Positions 48,115 to 58,322 are shown, numbered from the stretch's first letter. The stretch: 64,000 nucleotides of DNA from an uncultured delta proteobacterium (GCA_963794325.1 CAWCDG010000005.1:289514-353513); one strand, 5' to 3'. Program-made: numbers and translations. Notes: a model not told the origin generated them from the letters alone.

Positions 48115-48380
48115 AGCGGGAGTACGATCTCAGCAAGGGCAAGCGCGGAGCCGTAGTGCCTCTGCCGCCGGAAAAGATTCGGATCACGATACGACTGGAC
48201 CGCGACATCGTGGATCAATTTCGCGACCAGGTCCGTCGAGCCCACCGCGGCAACTATCAAACACTGATCAACGACGCGCTTCGAGAGCACTTGCAGCGTC
48301 CGAGCCTTGCCGAGGAAGTCGGCAAGGAAGTTCGTTCGGTATTACGCGAAGAGCTGCACCGGGCAAAAGCGACGGCCTAA
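48111..48380 (+). CDS. brnA: BrnA family antitoxin
   Basis: The start overlaps the brnT stop (ATGA). ITIRLDRDIVDQFR...GNYQTLINDALREHL is the typical BrnA ribbon-helix-helix-like C-terminus. Confidence 0.85.
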   Translation: MKREYDLSKGKRGAVVPLPPEKIRITIRLDRDIVDQFRDQVRRAHRGNYQTLINDALREHLQRPSLAEEVGKEVRSVLREELHRAKATA

Positions 48381-48418
48381 CTCTTTTTCGCTAAACTTGC
48401 TTGACCGAGATTATCCAC

Positions 48419-50855
48419 ATGGACGAACGCTACGACTCCAAAAAAATCGAGCCCTTCTGGCAGGCCGAATGGGACCGCACCAATCTCTACCTCACGCGCG
48501 AGGAGCCCTGGCGCCCGAAATTTTACATCCTTGAGATGTTCCCCTATCCCAGTGGCGCCGGTCTCAGCGTCGGCCATCTGCACAACTACGTCCCGTGCGA
48601 CGTCGTTGGCCGGTACAAGCGGATGGCGGGATTCAACGTGCTGCATCCGATGGGATGGGACGCGTTTGGATTGCCCGCGGAAAACGAAGCCGTCCTGAAG
48701 GGATCGCATCCGACTGAGACCGTCCCGCGCTATGCCGCCAACTTCAAACGCCAACTGACGATTTCCGGATGCGCCTACGACTGGTCGCGCGAGATCAATT
48801 CGTCATCGCCCGAGTATTACAAATGGACCCAATGGTTCTTCCTGATGCTCCACAAGCGCGGGCTGGCCTACCGCGCGACGGGCGCGCAATGGTGGTGCGA
48901 CAAATGCGGCACCGTGCTGGCCAACGAGCAGGTCATCAACGGATGCTGCTGGCGGCATACAGATAATCCGGTCAGCAAGAAGGACCTCGAGCAGTGGTAC
49001 ATCAAGATCACCGACTACGCTGATCGATTGCTCGCCGATCTCGACGGGATCGATTGGCCCGAACCGATCAAGCTGATGCAGCGCAACTGGATCGGGCGCA
49101 GCGAAGGCGCGGAACTGGCCTTCCCGGTGACAGGTCGCGCCGGCAAGGAAGTCCGCTTCTTCACGACGCGTCCCGACACCGTCTTCGGCGTGTCGTTCAT
49201 GGTTCTCGCGCCCGAGCATCCACTGGTCGCCGAGATAACGACGCCTGAGCAGCGCGCGAAGGTCGATGCCTACGTCGCCGAGGCGCGCCGCCAGACCGAG
49301 ATCGAGCGGATGTCCACCGCAAAAGAAAAGTCCGGGGTCTTCACCGGCGCTTATGCGCACAACGTCTTCACCGACAAAGACATTCCGATCTGGATCGCCG
49401 ACTACGTCCTGATGGGCTACGGCACCGGCGCGATCATGGCGGCGCCCGGCGAGGATCAGCGCGATTTCGAATTCGCGACGAAGTACGGCCTCGACATTCC
49501 GCGGGTGACCGCACCGGCCGATGGCAGCGCACCGCCTGCTGATCGCGCATTCAGCGACCACGGCATCGCGATCAACTCTGGTTTTCTGAACGGTAAAAAA
49601 ACGGCTGAGGCGATCACTGCCGTATGCGAGTACGCTGAAAAACACGGAATCGGCCGCGCGACTATCAACTACCGGATGCGCGACTGGCTGATCTCGCGTC
49701 AGCGCTACTGGGGATGCCCGATCCCAATCGTGTACTGCAAGACCGACGGAATCGTGCCGGTACCGGAAGACCAACTGCCCGTGCTGCTGCCCGCCGATGA
49801 AGGACTATCTGCCGCCGGGCACCGGCCGCTCCCCGCTCGCGAACGTGCAGGAGTTCGTCAACACGACCTGCCCCAAGTGCGGCGGCCCGGCCGAGCGCGA
49901 GACCGACACGCTCGACGGCTTCGCGTGCTCGTCATGGTACTTCCTGCGCTTCGCGTCGCCGCATGAAGACACGCGTCCCTTCGATCGCCGCGCCGTCGAT
50001 TACTGGCTGCCGGTCGATCTCTACGTCGGCGGCGCCGAGCACGCCGTGATGCATCTGTTATACGCGCGGATGTGGACCAAGGTGATGTTCGACGAAGAGC
50101 TGATCGGATTCGACGAACCGTTCCCGAGTTTGCGCAACCAGGGCGTGGTGTGGGCGAGCGACGGCCAGCGGATGTCGAAGAGCAAGGGCAACGTGGTCAC
50201 GCCAGACGCGATGATCGAAAAGTACGGCGCGGACGCGCTCCGGCTCTGGGAGCTGTACATGAGCCCCTTCGACGAAGCGACCAACTGGAACGAAAGCGGC
50301 GTCGCCGGCCCGCTAAGATTCATCCAGCGCGTGTGGACGATGATGCGCCGCTACGTCGAGGCTGGCGCTCCGGAGGGAACTCCCAACGAAGAAACCCAGA
50401 AGCGCGCACACAAAGCGATCCAGCTGGTCACCGATCACATCGAGCGCCTGCGCTTCAACACCGCAATCGCCGCGCTGATGGATCATCTGAACCACCTGGC
50501 GAAGCTCAAGCCCGAAGAGATGGGCCGCTTCACCGCCGAATCATTCATCCTGCTGCTAGCCCCGATGGCGCCGCACGTTACAGAAGAAATCTGGCGCGCG
50601 CTAGGCCACACGACGTCAGTCCACCTGGAACCCTGGCCAAAGTTCGACGCAAAACTCGTACGCGACGAAATGGTCACAGTAGTAGTGCAGGTAAGCGGCA
50701 AAGTCCGCGACCGCCTCCAAGTCCCCGCCGGCACGTCCGAAGATGAGGTGCGCGCCATGGCCCTCAACAGCGAGGCCGTCAAACGTCACCTCGACGGCAA
50801 ACCGCCAAAGAAGTTCATCTTCATAAAAGACAAGATGCTCAGCATCGTCGTCTAG
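48419..50855 (+). CDS. leuS: Leucyl-tRNA synthetase, reading frame interrupted near 49797
   Basis: ORF 48419-49966 has the HIGH region (PYPSGAGLSVGHLHNY) and the editing domain. ORF 49797-50855 has CPKCGG, KMSKS (RMSKSKGN) and the C-terminal domain. The homologous sequence switches frame at ..LLPAD / MKDYLPPGTG. Confidence 0.9.
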
Positions 50856-50983
50856 CCCGCGGGAAGACTGGGAGCGCTGGTCAGATTTCAACTACGAACC
50901 ATGCCCTTGCGCATGACTCCGCCGACAGCGATCTGGATTTATACTGGGCCGTGTGCTAACCGAGAGTGCACAGATTAAGTTAT

Positions 50984-51796
50984 ATGCTAATCGAGAAATG
51001 GCAGACCAAGCCGCTGAAGTCCATCACTGGTTTGCTATTGATGCTATGCGCTCTCACCTTACTTTCACGCACAGTTCAAGCACAAACATCCTTAACCGCG
51101 TGCGAGAACAATCAGACACATAGAGTCCGTTTTCCAGCGGTTGGAAAGTCGTGCAAATCCGACGAAACTGCAATTACGCTTGAGGGACCCGGACCGGCGG
51201 GGCCATCGGGACCGACGGGGCCATCGGGAGCACAAGGGATACAGGGACCAACAGGACCTTCTGGGGCGCCGGGCGGTTCTTCGGGAGGGCCTAGCCTCGA
51301 TTTGGAAGGTACGGGTGCGCTCGTGCCGACCTCGCCGACTTGCGGAGCGGATGGCTGCCCCGGCGATCTGACCGCTTCACTAACCGGCCCGCCCTTCCAG
51401 CAATTGTCATTGGATATGAGCGTATCCGTCAGTGCGACGGCTGGCTCCGATTCCTGTTACCACACGACTGGCTTTGCCTCGATTAACCCAGGCGGCAATC
51501 AGTCGCAGGTTACTTTTGTTGGCGAGCTGTGCCTGCCCTCCTTCTTCACATACCTGTTGAAGGGAACCGTGAACATCATTCCGGTTAATGTCTGTCCATC
51601 CACACCACCATTGATGGTTTCGGCAGGTCAGCTCATCGCATACGGCGCCGTTCACACCCTCGGCGCAATGCCGACGCCGGGACCCACGCCGGTGAATCCA
51701 ATTCCGATGAACAACATCGGCGGCGGCGATGCCGGGGCGATCATCAGCATCATCGGATCGAGCGGACAGATACCGGCGCCATGTCCAAGCCCGTGA
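50984..51796 (+). CDS. Secreted protein with a short collagen-like (G-X-Y)10 segment and a Cys-containing C-terminal domain
   Basis: Signal peptide ...LLSRTVQAQ. The segment GPA GPS GPT GPS GAQ GIQ GPT GPS GAP GGS lies at nt 51191-51280. The 5' region has lower GC. Confidence 0.6.
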   Translation: MLIEKWQTKPLKSITGLLLMLCALTLLSRTVQAQTSLTACENNQTHRVRFPAVGKSCKSDETAITLEGPGPAGPSGPTGPSGAQGIQGPTGPSGAPGGSSGGPSLDLEGTGALVPTSPTCGADGCPGDLTASLTGPPFQQLSLDMSVSVSATAGSDSCYHTTGFASINPGGNQSQVTFVGELCLPSFFTYLLKGTVNIIPVNVCPSTPPLMVSAGQLIAYGAVHTLGAMPTPGPTPVNPIPMNNIGGGDAGAIISIIGSSGQIPAPCPSP

Positions 51797-51905
51797 CCAC
51801 GGCACCTCGCTGCGTGTAGCTCACCGCATTCGGCACGAACCTTGAAGGACGCGCGCCGCCCGTGCGATGCTCGCAACGATACGACATCAGCGAGGAGCGA
51901 CCCAT

Positions 51906-52676
51906 ATGGCCGAGGAAGTTCTCAAAGTTACACGCCAGCCGAATTATGCGGTGCTGACGCTCAACCGTCCCGAGAAACGCAACGCGCTCAATCAGCCGTT
52001 GATTGACGCGCTCGACCAGGCGCTCCGGAAGTTCGAGAGCGATCGCGAAATCCGCGCGCTGCTGTTGCGTGGCGAGGGCGCGAGCTTTTGCGCGGGAATC
52101 GACCTCAAGGAAGTCGACGAGACCAGCGGCGTCCACAACCCGACTTCGCTCGAGTCGGTATTCGGGCGACTGGAACGGTTTCCGGTGCCGACTATCGCGG
52201 CCGTGCAGGGTGCTGCGCTCGCCGGAGGACTCGAGCTCGCGCTGCATTGCGACCTTCGGATCGCGTCGGAGAACGCGAAGCTCGGCATGACGCTCGGACG
52301 CGTCGGCCTGATGGTGCCGTATGACTTCACGCGCAAGCTGATCGAGGTTTGCGGATCGGCCAACACCGCGTGGATTCTCTACACCGCCGACCTGCTCGAT
52401 GCGGAGCGCGGACGGCATATGAATATCGTTCACGAGGTCGTCGCGGATGCGAAGCTCGCCGAAGCGACCACCGCGCTGGCCGAGAAGATCGCGGCCAATG
52501 CCCCACTCTCGCTGCGCGCGATGAAGGCGACCGTCCGCAGATGCATGAGCGAGACCTTCGACGCGTGGCACGACGACATGCTGCAGATGGCGCGCTCGGT
52601 TCGCGAGAGCAGCGACGCCAAGGAAGGCGTGCGCGCGTTCCTCGAAAAGCGCAAGCCGGTGTGGAAGGCGCAGTAG
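51906..52676 (+). CDS. Enoyl-CoA hydratase/isomerase (crotonase) family protein
   Basis: LTLNRPEKRNAL, GEGASFCAGIDLKE and AAVQGAALAGGLELAL. Confidence 0.9.
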   Translation: MAEEVLKVTRQPNYAVLTLNRPEKRNALNQPLIDALDQALRKFESDREIRALLLRGEGASFCAGIDLKEVDETSGVHNPTSLESVFGRLERFPVPTIAAVQGAALAGGLELALHCDLRIASENAKLGMTLGRVGLMVPYDFTRKLIEVCGSANTAWILYTADLLDAERGRHMNIVHEVVADAKLAEATTALAEKIAANAPLSLRAMKATVRRCMSETFDAWHDDMLQMARSVRESSDAKEGVRAFLEKRKPVWKAQ

Positions 52677-52713
52677 CGGTCCTTTGATGACGTCGCGGGC
52701 GTGGGGCCGAAGA

Positions 52714-52860
52714 ACCTAACCCCTAACCCCTTCCCGAGCGGGAAGGGGAACCGGATGGTTGGGAGTAACCTCTTCCCGAGCGGGAAGGGGAACCAGCAGG
52801 AAGGCAACGCGGCCGTCCTATCCCCCCTCGCCCCCTTTCCAGAATGGAAAGGGGGAACGG
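52714..52860. repeat. Cluster of REP-like units (one full family A unit plus two hairpin-only units)
   Basis: The units are 52714-52755 (acctaacccctaaccccttcccgagcgggaaggggaaccgga), 52769-52796 (cctcttcccgagcgggaaggggaaccag) and 52831-52860 (ccccctttccagaatggaaagggggaacgg). The cluster lies between convergent genes. Confidence 0.85.
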
Positions 52861-52883
52861 AGAGCAGTGCGTTCTGCACTCGC

Positions 52884-53921
52884 CTATTCCGAATGTCTGC
52901 CCAGTGCGTTGCGGATCGCGGCGGCGCTTTGCAACAGCGAGCTCGGCAGATTCAACGTTCCTGCGACATTTGAATATGGATACAGGCGCGCATTGATATG
53001 CGCGTGCAGCGGGAGGCCCTCGCCCTGGTGAATTTCATAGTCGAGCGGCAACGGCCCGAGGATCATCAGTACGCGATAGATCGCATTTGCAAACTGCCGC
53101 ATCTGGTCCGGCGTCAGCTCTGACAGCAGTCCCCGATAGTCGGGCATCACGACGTCGTAGCTGCGCGGGAACAAGCCGATCGGGCTCGCATAGCTGACGA
53201 CCGAGTCGCCGCGATCGATTACGAGCTTGAGCCGCTCCATCAGCGCGACCAGCTCGTGCCACAGATGAGGATTCTCGCGCTCGGCCCGCGCCTCCGCGAT
53301 CACGGCGGGAAACGGCTCCGGCGATCCGATGATCTGTTGATGCAGATGCGGCTGCGACGCGCCCGACTCGCGGCCCTGATTCTTGCGAATGACGACGGAA
53401 CTGACGTTGGGATTTTCCAGCGCGAGGCGCATCACGCGCGCATCGGCTTGCATCAAATGCAGGAAATGCCCGCCGCCGAGCGCTCCGGTGAACATCAGAT
53501 CGGCAGCCGTCCGCGGCGCGTCGATAAAATGACGCGGATCCTCGATAACGATGTACGACTCGTTGCGATTCCCGGTCAGCTCGGCAGGAATCCGCGGGAA
53601 CAGATTGTTGATCACCCGCACCACCCACGGCGCATCGTGATTCGTCTTCGCACCGGTCCATTCCGGAATTTCATCGCGCGTCACTCTAAACAGCTCGCGC
53701 GTCGTCATGCTTTCGTTGCCCGGGCAGAACGGACACGACCCGGTCGCGTGACGAATTCTTTCAGGATTCAAATGCGGCGTGCCGGGAGCGGCATCCTCGC
53801 GGACGCCGAGCGTGAATGCGAAGCTCTTGCCGCGGACATCGACAACGTATGAAATCACGCCGGTGACCGGATTTTTGATCCACACCAGCGCGCCATCACG
53901 AATTTCGCATTCTATCGGCAT
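52884..53921 (-). CDS. GalT-like (galactose-1-phosphate uridylyltransferase / HIT superfamily) nucleotidyltransferase
   Basis: Zinc-type motif GSCPFCPGNE and the histidine motif QPHLHQQI (HxHxQ), as in GalT-family enzymes. Confidence 0.6.
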   Translation of the reverse strand: MPIECEIRDGALVWIKNPVTGVISYVVDVRGKSFAFTLGVREDAAPGTPHLNPERIRHATGSCPFCPGNESMTTRELFRVTRDEIPEWTGAKTNHDAPWVVRVINNLFPRIPAELTGNRNESYIVIEDPRHFIDAPRTAADLMFTGALGGGHFLHLMQADARVMRLALENPNVSSVVIRKNQGRESGASQPHLHQQIIGSPEPFPAVIAEARAERENPHLWHELVALMERLKLVIDRGDSVVSYASPIGLFPRSYDVVMPDYRGLLSELTPDQMRQFANAIYRVLMILGPLPLDYEIHQGEGLPLHAHINARLYPYSNVAGTLNLPSSLLQSAAAIRNALGRHSE

Positions 53922-54080
53922 CGGAACGTGATCACCTTTAACAATTGCCGCGACGCCATTACAACGCGCGCTCGAAACCGTTGCGAGCCGTGTTCAACCG
54001 GGTCGCCTTGACTCTGCCCACCGGCTCCGTTATCCCAAGTGGTGAGGATGAGGACCCGGCAAACCGGGACGAATCGGGGA

Positions 54081-54117
54081 CTGGCGATCCGCAGGCGCGG
54101 GTACCAGCCTTTTTTTT
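54081..54117 (+). terminator. Terminator-like stem-loop plus T8 in the leader of the aminotransferase-serA operon
   Basis: ctggcgatccgc aggc gcgggtaccag forms about 10 bp with one internal loop, followed by cc and tttttttt (54110-54117). No plus-strand gene lies upstream, so it could be an attenuator or the end of a small RNA. Confidence 0.35.
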
Positions 54118-54178
54118 GGTTCTTCTTTTTCAGTGTCTCGTTTCCCGGTATTCGCGAGTCTCCTACGCCTTTGAATAG

Positions 54179-55336
54179 TTGAAAATGCCGCAAATCAAGA
54201 AATATTTGTTCACGCCCGGACCGGCGCCGGTGCCGCCCGAGGTTCTGCTCGAGATGGCGCGTCCCATCATCCACCATCGCACGCCCGAGTTCAGCGCCGC
54301 ACTCGACCAAGCGCGCGATCGGATGAAGCCGCTCTACGGCACTTCGGGCGAAGTGATCCTGCTCGCATCCACGGGGACTGGCGCGATGGAAGCGGCGGTT
54401 ATCAATCTGCTGCAGCCGGGCGACCACGCGATCTACGTCAACGGCGGCAAGTTCGGCGAGCGATGGGGCAAGCTGCTCGCCGCCTTCGGCATGGTCGGGC
54501 ACGAGGTGCGCGTCGAATGGGGCCGAGCGGCACGGCCTGGACAAATCGAGGATGCGTTCAAGGCGTTTCCCGAATCGCGCGCCGTGCTGGTGCAAGCCAG
54601 CGAAACTTCGACTTGCGCGGTGCATCCGGTGGCCCCGATCGGCGAGGTCACCCGCAAACGCGGCGCGATGCTGATCGTTGACGGCATCACGTCGGTCGGC
54701 GTGTTCGAGCAGAAGATGGACGAATGGGGCGTTGACGCATTCGTCACCGGCAGCCAGAAAGCGCTCATGCTGCCGCCAGGCCTCGGGATGGTCGCGCTGT
54801 CGGCGCGCGCGATCGATGTCGCAAAGACAGTCAAGACGCCGCGCTTCTATTTCGATCTGCTGAAAGAATTGAAGGCGCAGCGCGACGAGCATACCACCGC
54901 GTGGACTGCGGCCGTGTCGCTGATTTTCGGACTTAACAAATCGCTCGAACTGATTCATGCGGAAGGTCTGCCGCAGGTTTACGCGCGTCATGCGCTGATG
55001 GCCGAGGCGACGCGCGACGCGGCTGCCGCACTCGGGATGAAACTGCTATCACCGGACAATCCCGCACCCGGCGTCACCGGCATTCTGATTCCCGAGGGTC
55101 TTGACGGCGGCAAGCTGGTCAAGTTCCTGCGCGACAGTCTCGGCGTGTCGGTGCAGGGCGGACAGGATCAGATGAAGGGCAAGCTCGTACGCATCGGGCA
55201 CATGGGCCATCTGAGCCCGTTTGATACGCTAATCGCGGTCAGCGCGCTCGAGATGGGACTGAAACATATCGGCGCAAACATTCAACTTGGCGCCGGCGTC
55301 GCAGCAGTTCAGGCGCGCCTGGCACGGAGCATCTGA
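54179..55336 (+). CDS. Class V aminotransferase (serine-pyruvate / alanine-glyoxylate type; possible phosphoserine aminotransferase role)
   Basis: YLFTPGPAPVPPEVL N-terminus and SQKALMLPPGLG (PLP-lysine region). It lies immediately upstream of serA. ATG at 54185 is an alternative start. Confidence 0.85.
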   Translation: MKMPQIKKYLFTPGPAPVPPEVLLEMARPIIHHRTPEFSAALDQARDRMKPLYGTSGEVILLASTGTGAMEAAVINLLQPGDHAIYVNGGKFGERWGKLLAAFGMVGHEVRVEWGRAARPGQIEDAFKAFPESRAVLVQASETSTCAVHPVAPIGEVTRKRGAMLIVDGITSVGVFEQKMDEWGVDAFVTGSQKALMLPPGLGMVALSARAIDVAKTVKTPRFYFDLLKELKAQRDEHTTAWTAAVSLIFGLNKSLELIHAEGLPQVYARHALMAEATRDAAAALGMKLLSPDNPAPGVTGILIPEGLDGGKLVKFLRDSLGVSVQGGQDQMKGKLVRIGHMGHLSPFDTLIAVSALEMGLKHIGANIQLGAGVAAVQARLARSI

Positions 55337-55343
55337 AACTCAC

Positions 55344-56939
55344 ATGGCGGAAACTTTCCGCGTCCTTTTAAGCGACTCGCTTGCGGCGCAGGGGATCGAA
55401 GTCCTCAAGCGCTTCCCGCAGTTACAGTTCGAGGTCAAGACCGGACTCAAGCCCGACGAGCTGGCGAAAATAATCGCGCCCTACGACGCGCTGTTGATTC
55501 GCAGCGGCACTCGGGTCACACGCGAACTGATCGATGCGGCCACGTCGCTCAAAGTGATCGGGCGCGCAGGGGTCGGCGTCGACAACGTCGATCTCGAAGC
55601 GGCGACGCGTCGCGGAATCGTCGTGATGAACAGCCCGACCGGCAATAGCGTGACGACCGCGGAGCATGCGGTGACCATGATGATGGCGCTGGCGCGGCAC
55701 ATCCCGGCGGCTAACGCCTCGATTCATGCTGGAAAATGGGATCGCAGCAAATTCACCGGCACCGAGGTGTGCAACAAAACGCTGGGCGTCGTTGGCCTCG
55801 GTAACATCGGGCGAATCGTTGCGGACCGCGCGATCGGGCTCAAGATGAAAGTGATCGGCTACGATCCGATCCTGACGGCGGAAGCTGCCGCGCGGGTGGG
55901 TGTCGAGCTGGTCAGCCTTGACGAGCTTTTCAAGCGCGCCGATTTCATTACCGTTCACACTCCGCTGACTGACGATACGCGCGGAATCGTAGGCGCTGCG
56001 GCGTTCGCGAAAATGAAGAAGGGCGTGCGAATCATCAACTGTGCGCGCGGCGGAATCGTCGATGAAACCGCGCTCGCCGAGGCGCTGAAATCCGGCAAAG
56101 TAGCAGGCGCCGCGCTCGACGTGTTCGTCGAGGAGCCGCCGCCCGCCGACCATCCGCTGCTCCAGTACGATTCCGTGATTGCAACGCCGCACCTCGGCGC
56201 CGCCACCGACGAGGCGCAAGTCCAGGTCTCGGTCGATATCGCGCATCAGGTCGCGGAGTTTCTGATCGACGGAACGATTCGGCAGGCGGTCAATATCCCG
56301 GCGCTATCGACCAAAGAACTCGAGATACTCGGGCCTCATCTCATGCTCGGCGAAAAGCTGGGCAGGCTCGCTGCGCAATTAATCACCGACGCGCCGACCG
56401 AACTGACGCTCGCGTTCGGCGGTGAGGCGGCGAACCTCAAGCCCGACGCAATCACCGCCGCCGTGTTGAAGGGCTTGATGAGCGGGTTCCTCGAAGAGGA
56501 TCTGAACTACGTCAACGCGCCTTTCATCGCTCGCGAGCGCGGGATCAGCATTATCGAAACGCGCTCGCGCGAGGTGACCGACTACGTGAACACCTTGACG
56601 CTCACGGTTCGCACCGGCGCCGGCGAGCATGAAGTCTCCGGGGCAGTGCTGGGAAATCGCGCGCTGCGCCTGACTCGCATCGACGGATACCGCGTCGAGG
56701 CGGTACCCGAGGGCTATTTCCTGATGCTGCACAACCGCGACGTGCCGGGCGTAGTGGGCGCCGTGGGTACGATGCTCGGGCAGGCCGGGATAAATATTGG
56801 CGGCCTGGAACTCGGCCGCGATCGCGTGGGAGGAACCGCGCTCAGCATTTTCGAAGTGGACGAGCCGGTGCCGGGCGCCGTCCTCGACAAGCTCAAGACG
56901 TTGCCAGCGATTACCGCGGCGTCGCTACTCAAGCTCTGA
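55344..56939 (+). CDS. serA: D-3-phosphoglycerate dehydrogenase (long form with ASB and ACT domains)
   Basis: NAD-binding [13 protein letters not shown], catalytic region PHLGAAT, and a C-terminal ACT-like region ([20 protein letters not shown]). Confidence 0.93.
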   Translation: MAETFRVLLSDSLAAQGIEVLKRFPQLQFEVKTGLKPDELAKIIAPYDALLIRSGTRVTRELIDAATSLKVIGRAGVGVDNVDLEAATRRGIVVMNSPTGNSVTTAEHAVTMMMALARHIPAANASIHAGKWDRSKFTGTEVCNKTLGVVGLGNIGRIVADRAIGLKMKVIGYDPILTAEAAARVGVELVSLDELFKRADFITVHTPLTDDTRGIVGAAAFAKMKKGVRIINCARGGIVDETALAEALKSGKVAGAALDVFVEEPPPADHPLLQYDSVIATPHLGAATDEAQVQVSVDIAHQVAEFLIDGTIRQAVNIPALSTKELEILGPHLMLGEKLGRLAAQLITDAPTELTLAFGGEAANLKPDAITAAVLKGLMSGFLEEDLNYVNAPFIARERGISIIETRSREVTDYVNTLTLTVRTGAGEHEVSGAVLGNRALRLTRIDGYRVEAVPEGYFLMLHNRDVPGVVGAVGTMLGQAGINIGGLELGRDRVGGTALSIFEVDEPVPGAVLDKLKTLPAITAASLLKL

Positions 56940-57026
56940 ATTTATTTTGCGCATGAGGCATTTCAGCCCGATAGGTGTGCGCGGAGATCCGCGAAAAGCG
57001 AAATTGAGGCTGGTCGGGGGAGAGAC

Positions 57027-58322
57027 ATGAAAACAGTTGCGGTGGTCGGCACGCAGTGGGGCGATGAGGGCAAGGGCAAGATCGTCGATATGCTCGCGGC
57101 CGACGCCGATGTGGTCGTCCGCTTCCAGGGCGGAAACAACGCCGCGCACACGCTGGTAGTTGGCGGCAAGAAATTTGTCCTGCGGCTGGTGCCCGCCGGC
57201 GCGCTGCATCCGGGCAAGGCTTGCGTGATTGGCAATGGCCTGGTCGTCAATCCGATTGCGCTGCTCAGCGAAATCGCAGACCTCAAACGCAGCGGCCATC
57301 TAGCCGACGACAGCCTGTTCAAGATCAGTTACGAAGCGCACATGGTGATGCCGTATCATCTCGCGATCGATCGCGCGCGCGAGGCGCGGGCGGGCAAGCG
57401 CGCAATCGGCACGACCGGATTCGGAATCGGCCCTGCCTACGAAGACAAGATGGCGCGCGTGGGACTGCGCTTCGAGGATTTGCTCGATTTCAAATTCTTC
57501 GAGGAGAAACTTCGCCGTAACATCGTCGAGAAGAACGCGTATCTGAAGGCATTGCTGAAGACCAAACCGATCAAGGCCGACGAAACTGTCGACGCAATGA
57601 AAAAAGCCCGCCGCCGGCTGCTCCCGTATTTGTGCGACACCGGCGCGTTCGTCAGCGAAGCGATCGACTCCGGCCAGCGCGTCCTGTTCGAGGGCGCTCA
57701 CGGCACGATGCTGGATATCGATCATGGCACCTACCCGTTTGTGACCTCGTCGAGTTGCGTCGCAAGCGCAGTCTTCAGCGGTACCGGCATCGGACCGGGC
57801 AATCTGGAAGCGGTGCTCGGCATCAGCAAGGGCTACACGACGCGCGTCGGCGCGGGACCGTTCCCAAGCGAGTTCACCGGCTACCTCGCCGATTCGTTGC
57901 GCGAAGAGGGCGACGAGTTCGGCGCCGCGACCGGGCGTCCACGGCGAATCGGATGGTTTGATGCGGTGCTTGCGCGCTACACGGCTCGCGTCAACGGGAT
58001 GTGGGCGCTCGCGCTGACCAAGCTCGACGTTTTGACCGGAATCGATCCGATTAAGATTTGCGTCGGCTACATCGTGAAAGGGAAGCGTTACGACGATATG
58101 CCGCCGTCGCATCGGATGCTCATCAACGCCAAACCTATCTTCGAAGAGATGCCTGGCTGGAGCGAGAGTCCGGCAGGCGCGCGCACGCTCGCCGAATTGC
58201 CCTCGAGCGTGCGGCGCTACGTAGATCGAATCAGCGAGCTGGTGGGAGTGCCCATCGCAATGATCGGCGTAGGCAAGGAGCGTGAAGCGACGATCGTGAT
58301 CAGCAATCCTTTCGCCGACTAA
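57027..58322 (+). CDS. purA: Adenylosuccinate synthetase
   Basis: N-terminus VVGTQWGDEGKGKIVD, GIGPAYEDK and GTTGRGIG-like regions. Length is 431 aa. Confidence 0.97.
   Translation: MKTVAVVGTQWGDEGKGKIVDMLAADADVVVRFQGGNNAAHTLVVGGKKFVLRLVPAGALHPGKACVIGNGLVVNPIALLSEIADLKRSGHLADDSLFKISYEAHMVMPYHLAIDRAREARAGKRAIGTTGFGIGPAYEDKMARVGLRFEDLLDFKFFEEKLRRNIVEKNAYLKALLKTKPIKADETVDAMKKARRRLLPYLCDTGAFVSEAIDSGQRVLFEGAHGTMLDIDHGTYPFVTSSSCVASAVFSGTGIGPGNLEAVLGISKGYTTRVGAGPFPSEFTGYLADSLREEGDEFGAATGRPRRIGWFDAVLARYTARVNGMWALALTKLDVLTGIDPIKICVGYIVKGKRYDDMPPSHRMLINAKPIFEEMPGWSESPAGARTLAELPSSVRRYVDRISELVGVPIAMIGVGKEREATIVISNPFAD

Noticed and set aside
52714-52860. Three similar hairpin units with short spacers could be a CRISPR array.
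   Set aside because: The units are not identical, are strongly palindromic, number only three, and have irregular spacing of 13 and 34 nt. They belong to the dispersed family A repeats, and no cas genes are present.
54048-54182. The Phe-rich upstream ORF (PFFWFFFF) could be a classical phenylalanine attenuation leader peptide.
   Set aside because: The Phe codons are simply the T tract of the terminator-like element rather than lying upstream of it. The downstream genes are serine-pathway genes, not phe genes. The putative SD abuts the ATG with no spacing. It is kept only as a side note in the leader finding.
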